From NCBI GenBank assembly GCA_029978325.1, contig JAPOJR010000004.1:245-54152 (forward strand): a stretch of 53,908 bases of DNA, written 5' to 3'. The DNA is from Alphaproteobacteria bacterium. GTDB lineage: Bacteria > Pseudomonadota > Alphaproteobacteria > Bin95. The position numbers were made by a program, and so were the translations under genes. This document shows positions 1 to 8,909 of the stretch, piece by piece. A model generated the notes under the pieces. That model was not told the origin of the DNA and did not search any database. It saw nothing but the letters and a program-made list of their open reading frames with translations. How positions within the stretch are numbered: position 1 is the first letter of the stretch; every line of letters starts with the position of its first letter.

Positions 1-678
1 CGGCAGCGCGCCGGTGCAGGATCCCGTAGTAACCCAGCAGCCTGCTTTGATCGTCCTGCCCAAGCGTGCCTGGCGGTTGGCCAGCGCTGCGGCGACGTTT
101 AGCGGGTGCCCATTCATGGTTTTGCCAGAATGGCCCTCAGCGTGAACCGCGCCGTTTACGTGCTGCACCACCTTGTGGCCGGACAGGTCAAAGCGCTGCC
201 AGTCGGTCCGCCACTCGCCCAGCACCATGCCGGCATGGCCGTTGGCATCGGCCTGATAGAGCAGCGCGGTTTCCGGCCCGCCCGGATTGGCGGTGCGGCG
301 CCAAACCAGTTCGATGCCGGGGGCGACGGCATCGATATAGGCCGCGATTTTTTCCGCCGTAAACGGTGCGGCGGCGGGCGGCACGTCCTTACCGAAGCGC
401 AGCACGAATTCCGATTCGAGCAATAACGGCTCGCCGGGACATTTGACGGTAGCGCCACTGGCGACCGTCCATTCGGCGGCCAGTTCGGCACAGCCCGTGT
501 CCTGCATGCCGGCGGGCGGCGGGCCGGCCTTCCAGCCGCCGGGGGTCAGGTTGCCGATCCGGAAAGTGTCCGCCTGTACGGCGATGACGTCCGCTTCGGT
601 TCTGGGGAAGTCGGAAACGGCGATTTCTACCGCCTTACCCGCCATACGTGCGGCTTTCAGGGTTTCGGCGAGGCTCAT
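1..678 (-). CDS. 2-keto-4-pentenoate hydratase / fumarylacetoacetate hydrolase family protein (3' end runs off the window)
   Basis: Not in the ORF track; translated by hand from ATG at 678: MSLAETLKAARMAGK...GGWKAG...LESEFVLRFGKD...APGIELV...GHPLNVAAALAN...IKAGCWVTTGSCTG. The GWK, ExE and VTTGS motifs are typical of MhpD-like FAH-fold proteins. ATGA overlap with the upstream gene's stop. Confidence 0.8.
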   Translation of the reverse strand, partial: MSLAETLKAARMAGKAVEIAVSDFPRTEADVIAVQADTFRIGNLTPGGWKAGPPPAGMQDTGCAELAAEWTVASGATVKCPGEPLLLESEFVLRFGKDVPPAAAPFTAEKIAAYIDAVAPGIELVWRRTANPGGPETALLYQADANGHAGMVLGEWRTDWQRFDLSGHKVVQHVNGAVHAEGHSGKTMNGHPLNVAAALANRQARLGRTIKAGCWVTTGSCTGALP

Positions 679-1643
679 TGCACGTTGTCCTTGATCCAAT
701 GTTGCACGAGGTTGGCGACCAGGTCGCTGTTGCGGTCCATCATGGGGAAATGCGAGTTGCCTGCAATCCCCATTTGCGGCAGGTCCCAGTTGACCCAGTG
801 GCCGCCGGCGGCGGAAATGCGCGCGCCGTAATCGGCCACGAGTCGGCGGAACAGCGCCCAGCGCTCATGCCCCTCGAAATTGTCGCCCCAGATGACGACG
901 TGCCGGGTGCCGGCGTCGGAAAGCGTCTGCACCTGGGCATCGTCTGCCAGGGCGGGGCCAGAGGGCTCAAGGCTGACCACGGCCCGGACCATGCCCGGAT
1001 TGTTCACCGCAGCCTGGAACGAGAAGGCGCCGGACTGGCTGTGGCTGACGATGACGCAGGGGCCAACCTTGGCCACCAGTTCGTCATAGGCTTTCTGGGT
1101 AATGGCATCGTGGCCGGCCCAGCGGGCGACCACCTGCTTCTGGTACTGGTCCGTCGCGTAGGTCGGCCATTCGGTGTTGGCGAAATAGGTTCGGTCCTCG
1201 TGGCGGGTGGCGAAGCCGTCCAGCGGGCCGAAGCGGAACATGCGCCAGGCGTCCTGCTGCGAGCGGAAAATCGGCTCGCCCTCGAACACCTCGGGATACT
1301 TCGCCCAACTTGCCCGACCGCGCTCGACTGCGTCGGAACAGTAGACGTCGAAGCCGGCCTCCAGAAAGCGCTGCTGCCAGCCTGGCCGCCCGTCGGGCGT
1401 GTCCTCCCAGGTGACGCCGGTCTGGCCGCCGCCGTGCCACATCAGCACCGGGTAGGGGAAACTCGGCGCGGAGAGGAGTGTGTATTGCACATACATCTGC
1501 TCGACCGCGAACCGGCCGTTCGGGTCGATCTCGATCGGCGGCCCGCCCTGGGTGATGCGTGCGGTGCGCACCGGCAGGCCGGAAAGTTCGACCATCCGGC
1601 CGCCGAGATGAAAGCCGCCGATGGCGCGGACTGAGAAGGTCAT
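675..1643 (-). CDS. alpha/beta hydrolase (esterase-like)
   Basis: HGGG oxyanion motif, nucleophile elbow SHSQSG, WEDTPDGRPGW motif, C-terminal GNSHFPM His. Confidence 0.8.
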   Translation of the reverse strand: MTFSVRAIGGFHLGGRMVELSGLPVRTARITQGGPPIEIDPNGRFAVEQMYVQYTLLSAPSFPYPVLMWHGGGQTGVTWEDTPDGRPGWQQRFLEAGFDVYCSDAVERGRASWAKYPEVFEGEPIFRSQQDAWRMFRFGPLDGFATRHEDRTYFANTEWPTYATDQYQKQVVARWAGHDAITQKAYDELVAKVGPCVIVSHSQSGAFSFQAAVNNPGMVRAVVSLEPSGPALADDAQVQTLSDAGTRHVVIWGDNFEGHERWALFRRLVADYGARISAAGGHWVNWDLPQMGIAGNSHFPMMDRNSDLVANLVQHWIKDNVQ

Positions 1644-1646
1644 GGG

Positions 1647-3959
1647 TCAGGCCTCCGCAGCCTGGATCGCCCGCCACACCGCCTCTGGCGTGGTGGGCAT
1701 GTCGATGTGCTTGACGCCAACGATTTCCAGCGCATCCAGCATGGCGTTGATGACCGCGGGCGGCGCGCCGGTTGCGCCGGCCTCGCCGCATCCCTTGACG
1801 CCCAGGGGGTTGGCGACGGTCGGCGTTTCGACCGGCAGGAAGTCGAAATCGGGAAAGTCGGACGCGCGCGGCAGGTGGTAATCCATGTAAGAGCCGCTCA
1901 GCAATTGGCCATCCTCGCCATAGACTGTGCGCTCAAACAGTGCCTGGCCGATGCCCTGGGCGATGCCGCCATGCACCTGGCCCTCCAGCAGCAAGGGGTT
2001 CAGGGCGCGGCCGAAATCGTGGACGACGGTGTAGTCCAGCAGGGCGAAGGCGCCTGTGTCGGGATCGACCTCAACCTCGGCGATGTGGACGCCATAGGGG
2101 TAGGTATGGTTTTCCGGCACGAACCGGTCAAAGCCGCCAAGGCCCGGCGCCTCGCCTTCCGGCAGATTGGCAGGGTCCTGGGCCAGGGCCGCCACCTCCG
2201 GCAGAGAGATCCGCAGGTCTGTGCCTACGACGGAAAATTCGCCGCCGGCAAAGTCGATATCGCTTTCGCCGGCCTCGAACTTCTGGGCGGCAATGCGTTT
2301 CGCCTTCTCAATGATCTTATCGGATGCCCTGGCAATCGCGCCGCCACCCATAGGGATTGACCAGGAGCCGCCTGTGCCCGTGCCGGTCTCGACTTCGTCG
2401 GTATCGCCTTGGATCACGACCACGTCTTCCGGATCGACGCCCAGCCATTCGTGCACCACCTGGGCATAGCTGGTGCGGTGGGCTTGGCCATTCGTCTGTG
2501 AGCCGATGCCAACGGTGACGATGCCATCCGGCTGGACATCCACCTTGGCAGCTTCCGACAAAGCAGGCCCGCCGCCACAGCGTTCGATATAGAGGCAGAC
2601 GCCGATGCCGCGCAGGCGGCCCTGCACCTCGCTTTCGGCACGGCGTTCGGAGAAGCCCTTCCAGTCGACCCGCTGCTTCGCCTGCTCCAGCAGGTCGGCG
2701 AAATCCGCGCTTTCGTAGGTGAGGCCGGTGGGGGTTTTGTAGGGGAATTGTTCGGGCCGTAGCGCGATGCGGGCCCGGTAGGCGATGGGGTCCTCGCCCA
2801 GGTCGCGGGCGGCCTGATCGACCAGGCGCTCTATCAGGTAGGTAATTTCCGGACGGCCAGCGCCGCGGTAGGCGTCCACGGGCGTGGTGTTGGTAAAGGT
2901 GCCGGTAACGCGGACATAGAGCGCCGGAATGCGGTAGGCATTCGCCGCCATATGCATGTTCGTCGGCGAGACGGCGCTGCCGTTGGCGTTGTAGGCGCCG
3001 AGGTTGGCGAAGGTGCGCACGCGGAAGGCCAGCGGCTCACCACCGGCGTCCAGCGCCAGTTCGCCGGTGGTGACATTGTCACGCCCGGCGGTGTCGGTCA
3101 GGAAGGCCTCGTCGCGGTCGCTGACCCATTTGACCGGGCGGCCCAGGTCGCGCGCCGCGAACAGGGTCATGCAGTTTTCGGCATAGAGGCCGTTCTTGCC
3201 GCCGAAGCCGCCTCCGACATCGCCGACCAGCACCCGCACCGCTTCGCGCGGGACCTTGAACACGACGTCGGCCAATTGCTCCTTGAAGCGATGCGGCATT
3301 TGGGTGGTCGCGTGGACGATGAAGCGGCCATCCTCATACCGGCCGAGAGAGCCGCGGGTTTCAACCGCGTTCAGCAGCACGCGGTTGTTGATGACGTCCA
3401 GTCGGACAACGCGGGCGGCCTTGGCAAAGCCTGCTTCGGTTGCAGCTTGGTCCCCCAGTTGGAACTCGAAGGCGCGGTTCGCCGGCGCATCGGGCCAGAG
3501 TTGTGGCGCGCCAGTCTCAGTGGCAGCCTTGGCGTCGGTGATCGCGGGCAGAGGCGAATAGTCAACCTGGATCGCCTCCGCCGCATCGCGGGCTTGTTCG
3601 CGGGTTTCGGCAACGACGAAGGCGACGCTCTCGCCGGCATAGCGCACGCGGCCGCGCGCCAGCAGCGGCTGGCCATGGTGATGGTAGACCGTTTCCGGAA
3701 CCAGGGGCGGGAAGGCGAGGGTCGGGATATCGCCGAGCCCCGCCACATCCGCACCGGTATAGACCGCCAGCACGCCGGGCATGGCTTTCGCTGCGTTTGT
3801 GTCGATACTGGTGATTTCGGCATGACCATAGGGGCTGCGCAGGACATAGCCATGGGCCAGATTCGGAAAGGAGAGATCGTCCAGGAACTGGCCTTCGCCG
3901 CACAGCAACGTCGGGTCTTCCAGCCTTAGCAGCGGTTGCGAGATGCCGAATTGCGCCAT
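1647..3959 (-). CDS. xanthine dehydrogenase-family molybdopterin-binding large subunit (form II CoxL-like)
   Basis: GGGFGGK, AYRGAGRPE active-site loop, GQVHGGIAQGIGQAL, GVKGCGEAG. Start taken at MAQFGISQ. Confidence 0.9.
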   Translation of the reverse strand: MAQFGISQPLLRLEDPTLLCGEGQFLDDLSFPNLAHGYVLRSPYGHAEITSIDTNAAKAMPGVLAVYTGADVAGLGDIPTLAFPPLVPETVYHHHGQPLLARGRVRYAGESVAFVVAETREQARDAAEAIQVDYSPLPAITDAKAATETGAPQLWPDAPANRAFEFQLGDQAATEAGFAKAARVVRLDVINNRVLLNAVETRGSLGRYEDGRFIVHATTQMPHRFKEQLADVVFKVPREAVRVLVGDVGGGFGGKNGLYAENCMTLFAARDLGRPVKWVSDRDEAFLTDTAGRDNVTTGELALDAGGEPLAFRVRTFANLGAYNANGSAVSPTNMHMAANAYRIPALYVRVTGTFTNTTPVDAYRGAGRPEITYLIERLVDQAARDLGEDPIAYRARIALRPEQFPYKTPTGLTYESADFADLLEQAKQRVDWKGFSERRAESEVQGRLRGIGVCLYIERCGGGPALSEAAKVDVQPDGIVTVGIGSQTNGQAHRTSYAQVVHEWLGVDPEDVVVIQGDTDEVETGTGTGGSWSIPMGGGAIARASDKIIEKAKRIAAQKFEAGESDIDFAGGEFSVVGTDLRISLPEVAALAQDPANLPEGEAPGLGGFDRFVPENHTYPYGVHIAEVEVDPDTGAFALLDYTVVHDFGRALNPLLLEGQVHGGIAQGIGQALFERTVYGEDGQLLSGSYMDYHLPRASDFPDFDFLPVETPTVANPLGVKGCGEAGATGAPPAVINAMLDALEIVGVKHIDMPTTPEAVWRAIQAAEA

Positions 3960-4038
3960 GAAACGCCTCTTTTCAACGGGAGCCTGCATTCCAGCACGGT
4001 CAGCGGCGGAACGGAAGGGGGACGGCCGAACCTGCCGC

Positions 4039-5097
4039 TCAAACCGAGAATACGCCGGTCTTGTAGAACGCGTCCAACTGTGCCCGGTATGGAGCGGTGT
4101 CGAAACCGCGCTCCGCCAGCCAATCGGAATTGTAGTAGGTGTCGAGGTAGCGTTCGCCTGGATCGCAGATCACGGTAACCAAGCTTCCCGACCGCCCGTC
4201 CCGATGCATTTCAGCCGCAATCTGCAGGGTGGCAAACAGGTTGGTGCCGGTGGAGCCGCCGCACTTGCGGCGCAGCAGTCCTTCAAGGAAATGGATCGCG
4301 GCATAGGAGGCGGCGTCGGGAACTTTGACCATTCGGTCAATGACTCCTGGCAGAAACGATGGTTCGGCGCGGGGCCGGCCGATGCCTTCGACATTAGACG
4401 GGGTAGACAGCGTGCGGCTGCGGTCGCCATCGCGATACACATCGAAAAAGACAGAGTGTTCCGGGTCGGCCACGCACAATTGCGTCCTGAGCCGCTTATA
4501 GCGGATGTAGCGGCCAATAGTTGCCGAGGTGCCGCCGGTGCCAGCGCTCATCACGACCCAGGCAGGCTCGGGATAGCGTTCCGCCGTCATCTGCGAGAAC
4601 AGGGATTCGGCAATGTTGTTGTTGCTGCGCCAGTCGGTGGCCCGTTCGGCATAGGTGAACTGGTCCATGTAATGGCCGCCCAGTTCGCCGGCCAGGCGGT
4701 GCGATTCGGCGTAGATCTGGCTCGACTCGACCTTGTGGCATTCGCCGCCATAAAACTCGATCTGGTTGATTTTTTCGACCGAGGTCGATTTGGGAATGAC
4801 CGCAATGAAGCGCAGGCCAAGCAGACGCGCGAAATACGCTTCCGACACGGCCGTGCTGCCGGACGAGGATTCGATAATCGGCGTGCCCTCGGTGATCCAG
4901 CCGTTGCAAAGGCCATAGAGAAACAGCGACCGCGCCAGGCGATGCTTCAGGCTGCCGGTCGGGTGGATCGATTCGTCTTTGAGGTAGAGCGTGATGTCGT
5001 TCAGCGCCGGCAGGTCCAGCCGGATCAGGTGGGTGTCGGCGGAGCGCGTCAGGTCCGCCTCGATCTTGGCGATCGCCGTGTTGACCCAGTCGCGCAT
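4039..5097 (-). CDS. cds1: PLP-dependent cysteine synthase family protein, Cds1-type L-cysteine desulfhydrase
   Basis: [20 protein letters not shown] (PLP Lys), [36 protein letters not shown]. Start taken at MRDWVN. Confidence 0.8.
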   Translation of the reverse strand: MRDWVNTAIAKIEADLTRSADTHLIRLDLPALNDITLYLKDESIHPTGSLKHRLARSLFLYGLCNGWITEGTPIIESSSGSTAVSEAYFARLLGLRFIAVIPKSTSVEKINQIEFYGGECHKVESSQIYAESHRLAGELGGHYMDQFTYAERATDWRSNNNIAESLFSQMTAERYPEPAWVVMSAGTGGTSATIGRYIRYKRLRTQLCVADPEHSVFFDVYRDGDRSRTLSTPSNVEGIGRPRAEPSFLPGVIDRMVKVPDAASYAAIHFLEGLLRRKCGGSTGTNLFATLQIAAEMHRDGRSGSLVTVICDPGERYLDTYYNSDWLAERGFDTAPYRAQLDAFYKTGVFSV

Positions 5098-5159
5098 GCT
5101 ACCGCTCCCATCCGGCAGCCGTCCGGCACAGGGGCCGGACGGACCTGCCATGCCGCTGG

Positions 5160-5888
5160 TTACGCCGCCGCCGCGACCGTCAGGCGGCCGGTCACGCCGA
5201 ACTTGTCGATCAGTCCCTGGACGGTGCCGTTCGCTTTCATTTCCTCGATAAAATCGCTCAGCATCTTAAAGCCGGCGTCCCGGCCCTTTTTCGTGCACGA
5301 TGCCTGTTGCACGGCAGTGAAGCGATCCGGCAGCAGCCGGGCGCCGGGCAGTTTCTTTACGTCGTCGATCAGCTTCGGGCGCAGGCCGGCCAGGGCGTCC
5401 ATCTTCTCGTTCACGAACAGATCGAACGAAGCATCGAGGCCGGAAACGCGGCTGACCTCGGCATGCTTGATGTTCCGTTCCAGCCACAGGTCATAGGCGG
5501 CGCGGGCGGATACGGCGATCCGGGTGCCGGCGCTGTCAACCTCTGCGCATTTCTGGAATTTTGAGCCGGCAGGTACCATGTAAGTCGCCTCGATCTCCAC
5601 ATACGCGGCAGTAAAGTTGACATAGGTGGCGCGTTGCGGCTCGGCTCCGACAAAGCCGACGTCCCACAGGTCATCCTTGGAAGAATCGGCCAGCAAGCCC
5701 GGATTGGCATAGGGGTGATATTCGACCGGCACGCCCAGTCGTTCGGCGAACAGCGCGGCCATCGAGGGGGCGACGCCCTCCGGGTCGCCAGATGCCGTCT
5801 TGCCGGTAACCAGCAGGAAGTTACTCATATTGATGGCGGCGCGCAGCTTGCCGGTGGGCGCCATCTCGGCGGCGAGGGGGTGAGCCAT
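5160..5888 (-). CDS. solute-binding protein family 3-like (amino acid type), no evident signal peptide
   Basis: [11 protein letters not shown]...WDVGF...[12 protein letters not shown]...[10 protein letters not shown]...AYDLWL pattern of type 2 periplasmic-binding fold proteins. Confidence 0.75.
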   Translation of the reverse strand: MAHPLAAEMAPTGKLRAAINMSNFLLVTGKTASGDPEGVAPSMAALFAERLGVPVEYHPYANPGLLADSSKDDLWDVGFVGAEPQRATYVNFTAAYVEIEATYMVPAGSKFQKCAEVDSAGTRIAVSARAAYDLWLERNIKHAEVSRVSGLDASFDLFVNEKMDALAGLRPKLIDDVKKLPGARLLPDRFTAVQQASCTKKGRDAGFKMLSDFIEEMKANGTVQGLIDKFGVTGRLTVAAAA

Positions 5889-5938
5889 GGGGCGGTGTTC
5901 CTATCCTGAATTGGTGACTGGCTTGCACTTAACCCAAT

Positions 5939-7480
5939 TCACGTATCAGCGGCAAGCGACCCTGTAGCCGGACCGGTCGTCATGGCCCGATGTGGCGCTG
6001 TTACCGCCGGGTAAAGTTCATGCATGCCTAGCGTGCGGCCGTCGGCGCAAACGATGCGGCAGTGGTGGCGTTGCAGTTGCCTTGGCTCGCGGACGCCGCA
6101 GGAGTGCGCAATGATGCCGATTTCATGGTGCATATGCTTGGCGTACCGGGCGACGCGGTCCGCCTTGTCGACCGGGTCGAGCCCTTTCTGCAGGCGTGGG
6201 TCATGGGTAGTGACGCCGGTCGGGCAGGTATTGCGGTTGCATTGCAGAGCTTGGATGCAGCCGAGCGCAAACATGAAGCCACGAGCGGATTGCACAAAGT
6301 CCGCACCGGCGCAGATCGCCCAGGTCGCTTCCGCCGGCGTGATCAGTTTGCCGCTGGCGATGATGCGGGTGCGGCCATGCAATCCTGCGCGGTCGATGAT
6401 GTCGGCTACCCGTGGCAGGGTTTCCTTGATCGGCAGACCGACATAGTCCATCAGGCTCATCGGCGCTGCGCCGGTGCCGCCGTCGCCGCTGTCGATGGTG
6501 ATGAAGTCCGGCGCGCTCTCAATGCCGCGCCGGCCGATTTCCACCATCAGGTCCTCCAGCCAATCGTAACCGCCGATCACCGCTTTGAAGCCGGTCGGCT
6601 TGCCGGTAACGCCGCGGACGTGGGCGATCATGTCGAGCAGGTCGCCGGCGCTGTCGATTTCCGGGTGGCGGTTCGGGCTGATTGAATCCTTGCCCACCGG
6701 AATGCCGCGGATCTTGGCGATTTCTTCCGTGACTTTAACGCCGGGCAGAATACCGCCTTTTCCGGGCTTTGCCCCCTGGCTGAGCTTAATTTCGACCATT
6801 TTGACCTGTGGGTGGCCAACGACCTGCCGCAGTTTTTCATCCGAAAGCTGGCCTTGTTCGTCGCGCACCCCATATTTGGCGGTGCCGATCTGAAAGACGA
6901 TGTCGCATCCTCCCTCCAGGTGGTAGGGAGCCAACCCGCCTTCGCCGGTGTTCAGCCAGATCCCGGCCTTGCGCGCGCCGTTCGACAAGGCCAGCGCCGC
7001 CGGCCGCGAGATCGCGCCATAGCTCATACCTGAAATATTGAACAGCGATTGCGGGCGGTAGGGATAGCGGGCGTAAGGGCCGATTTCCAGAACTCCTGTC
7101 GGGGCGGCGTCCTGGTCCAGAGGTGGATAGGCGGCGTTGGCAAACAGGATAGTGCCGGTGGGGCGCAAGTCGCGAGTGGAGCCGAAGGCTACCGTCGTAT
7201 CGAGGTCTTTGGCCGCGCGATAGACATAGGAGCGCTCGGCCCGGTTGAACGGCATCTCTTCGCGGTCCTGGGCGAAGAAATACTGGCGCAGGAATTCGCC
7301 CAGGTCTTCGAGCAGATAGCGCATCCGCCCGATCACCGGGAAGTTGCGCCGAACCGCATGCTTGGTTTGGGTTACGTCTAGTACGTAAAGCGTGACCAGG
7401 GCCAGCACGGCCAAGCCCAATACAAACAGAAATAGGGCCGCCGAAAACTCTATGATTCGGGTGACGATCGTGAAATCCAT
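5939..7480 (-). CDS. FMN-binding glutamate synthase family protein (membrane-anchored, YerD-like)
   Basis: N-terminal TM helix, SGMSYGA, NTGEGG, EIKLSQGAKPGKGG, DSGDGGTGAAP and the 3Fe-4S motif CIQALQCNRNTCP. Alternative GTG start at 7486. Confidence 0.9.
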   Translation of the reverse strand: MDFTIVTRIIEFSAALFLFVLGLAVLALVTLYVLDVTQTKHAVRRNFPVIGRMRYLLEDLGEFLRQYFFAQDREEMPFNRAERSYVYRAAKDLDTTVAFGSTRDLRPTGTILFANAAYPPLDQDAAPTGVLEIGPYARYPYRPQSLFNISGMSYGAISRPAALALSNGARKAGIWLNTGEGGLAPYHLEGGCDIVFQIGTAKYGVRDEQGQLSDEKLRQVVGHPQVKMVEIKLSQGAKPGKGGILPGVKVTEEIAKIRGIPVGKDSISPNRHPEIDSAGDLLDMIAHVRGVTGKPTGFKAVIGGYDWLEDLMVEIGRRGIESAPDFITIDSGDGGTGAAPMSLMDYVGLPIKETLPRVADIIDRAGLHGRTRIIASGKLITPAEATWAICAGADFVQSARGFMFALGCIQALQCNRNTCPTGVTTHDPRLQKGLDPVDKADRVARYAKHMHHEIGIIAHSCGVREPRQLQRHHCRIVCADGRTLGMHELYPAVTAPHRAMTTGPATGSLAADT

Positions 7481-7649
7481 GGTCACTCAACTCGCCCAGT
7501 CTGGGGGAGGTCCGCTGGCTGCGGGCCGGGTGTTCTACTCAAGATGAGGGTATTGGCTGGCCGATACTAGACGGCATGCGTCAATTGGCGGACAATGCGC
7601 CGTGCGCCGCATGCCTGTCGGCGCGGTCACAGGCGGAGCACGGCGACTT

Positions 7650-8837
7650 ATGTATTTCGGTTGGGTCATTGTCGCCCTGGCGTTCGTCAGCCTGACGGCA
7701 TCGTATGGCCTGTTGTTCGGCTATAGCGTTTTTGTACCGCACTTGAGCGAGGCATTGGGGTTGAGCCGGGCGGCGGTTCTGGCGCCGTTTTCTGTCTGTG
7801 TGGCGCTGTATTCGCTGCTGAGCCTGGTGACTGGCCGGTTGACCGACCGGCTTGGCCCGCGACGGGTGATGCTGGTCGGCGGTGCGGCGCTGGCGGGCGG
7901 CTATGCCCTGATCGGCCAGGCTGAGACGACCGCGGAGCTGTTCATCGGCATGGGCGGCGTGGTCGGCGTTGGTATGAGCGCGGCCTATATTCCGACGACG
8001 GCGACGGTGGTGCGTTGGTTTCTGGCGCGCCGCGGCTTGGCGCTGGCCTTGGCCAGCATGGGCCTCAGCGCGTCGATGGCGGCGGGTCCGTTCGCCGCCG
8101 TGTCCCTGATCGACGCATTCGGCTGGCGTCCTGCCGCATTGGCGTTGGGGCTGATCTGCGGGGGCGCGGTGTTTCTATGCGCCATGGGCATGCGGCGCGA
8201 TCCGGGGGAGGGGGCATTCGATGCGGCGACGTCGAAGCGGCCCTTGCCGCCGGAACCAGCCTTGACCTTTGCCGAGGCCCGCCGGACTCCGGCTTATTGG
8301 GTATTGGCGGGCGTATTCGTGCTGACCTGGGCCATCATGTTTTTTCCGTATTCGCATCTGGCGAGCCTGCCCGCCGATTTCGGCTATGCCGCGCATCATG
8401 GTGCCGGGTTGATCGGCTCTCTGGGCGCCGGCGGCGTGATTGGACGGCCGGCTGCCGGGTGGTTTGCCGACCGTACCAGTCCGCGCGCGGCGCTGGCGGC
8501 GGTGATTCTGGTCCAGGCCTTGGCGTGCGGTGTGTTCATCTGGGCAGAGGCATTGTGGGTGCTCTATGCCGCGTCGGCGCTGTTCGGCGTCGGTGCGACG
8601 GCAGGCGTGACGCTGTTTCCGGCCATGGTCGGCAGCATGTTCGGGCGGCTGCATGTCGGCGCGATATCCGGCTCGATCTTCGCCATCGGTGGGTTGGCCG
8701 GCTCGCTTGGGCCACTGGCGGCTGGTTATATTCACGATGTCACCAGGGCCTATACCCTGGCATTTGCCATCGGGGTCGGCGGCAATCTGCTGGCAGTTGG
8801 ATTAGTGACGCGGTTGCGGTCATTTTCGGGAAACTAG
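7650..8837 (+). CDS. MFS transporter (OFA/MCT-like)
   Basis: About 12 hydrophobic segments, motif A GRLTDRLGPRR, and WFLARRGLA. Start uncertain (7602 GTG or 7650 ATG). Confidence 0.85.
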   Translation: MYFGWVIVALAFVSLTASYGLLFGYSVFVPHLSEALGLSRAAVLAPFSVCVALYSLLSLVTGRLTDRLGPRRVMLVGGAALAGGYALIGQAETTAELFIGMGGVVGVGMSAAYIPTTATVVRWFLARRGLALALASMGLSASMAAGPFAAVSLIDAFGWRPAALALGLICGGAVFLCAMGMRRDPGEGAFDAATSKRPLPPEPALTFAEARRTPAYWVLAGVFVLTWAIMFFPYSHLASLPADFGYAAHHGAGLIGSLGAGGVIGRPAAGWFADRTSPRAALAAVILVQALACGVFIWAEALWVLYAASALFGVGATAGVTLFPAMVGSMFGRLHVGAISGSIFAIGGLAGSLGPLAAGYIHDVTRAYTLAFAIGVGGNLLAVGLVTRLRSFSGN

Positions 8838-8909
8838 CATCGGGCAACCCGCCCCTTGCATTCCGGTGCGCCTTTCGCTCCTATGGCGCGCCTTTCATGG
8901 GAGCCGTCT

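Noticed and set aside
1647-3959. True aerobic CO dehydrogenase (form I coxL)
   Set aside because: The active-site loop is AYRGAGR, and coxM, coxS and accessory genes are absent here.
3943-5496. 517-aa plus-strand ORF, and similar long ORFs at 8895-10415, 26882-28069, 41436-42809 and 51959-53221
   Set aside because: Antisense shadows of well-supported genes, expected in high-GC DNA, with no recognisable motifs.
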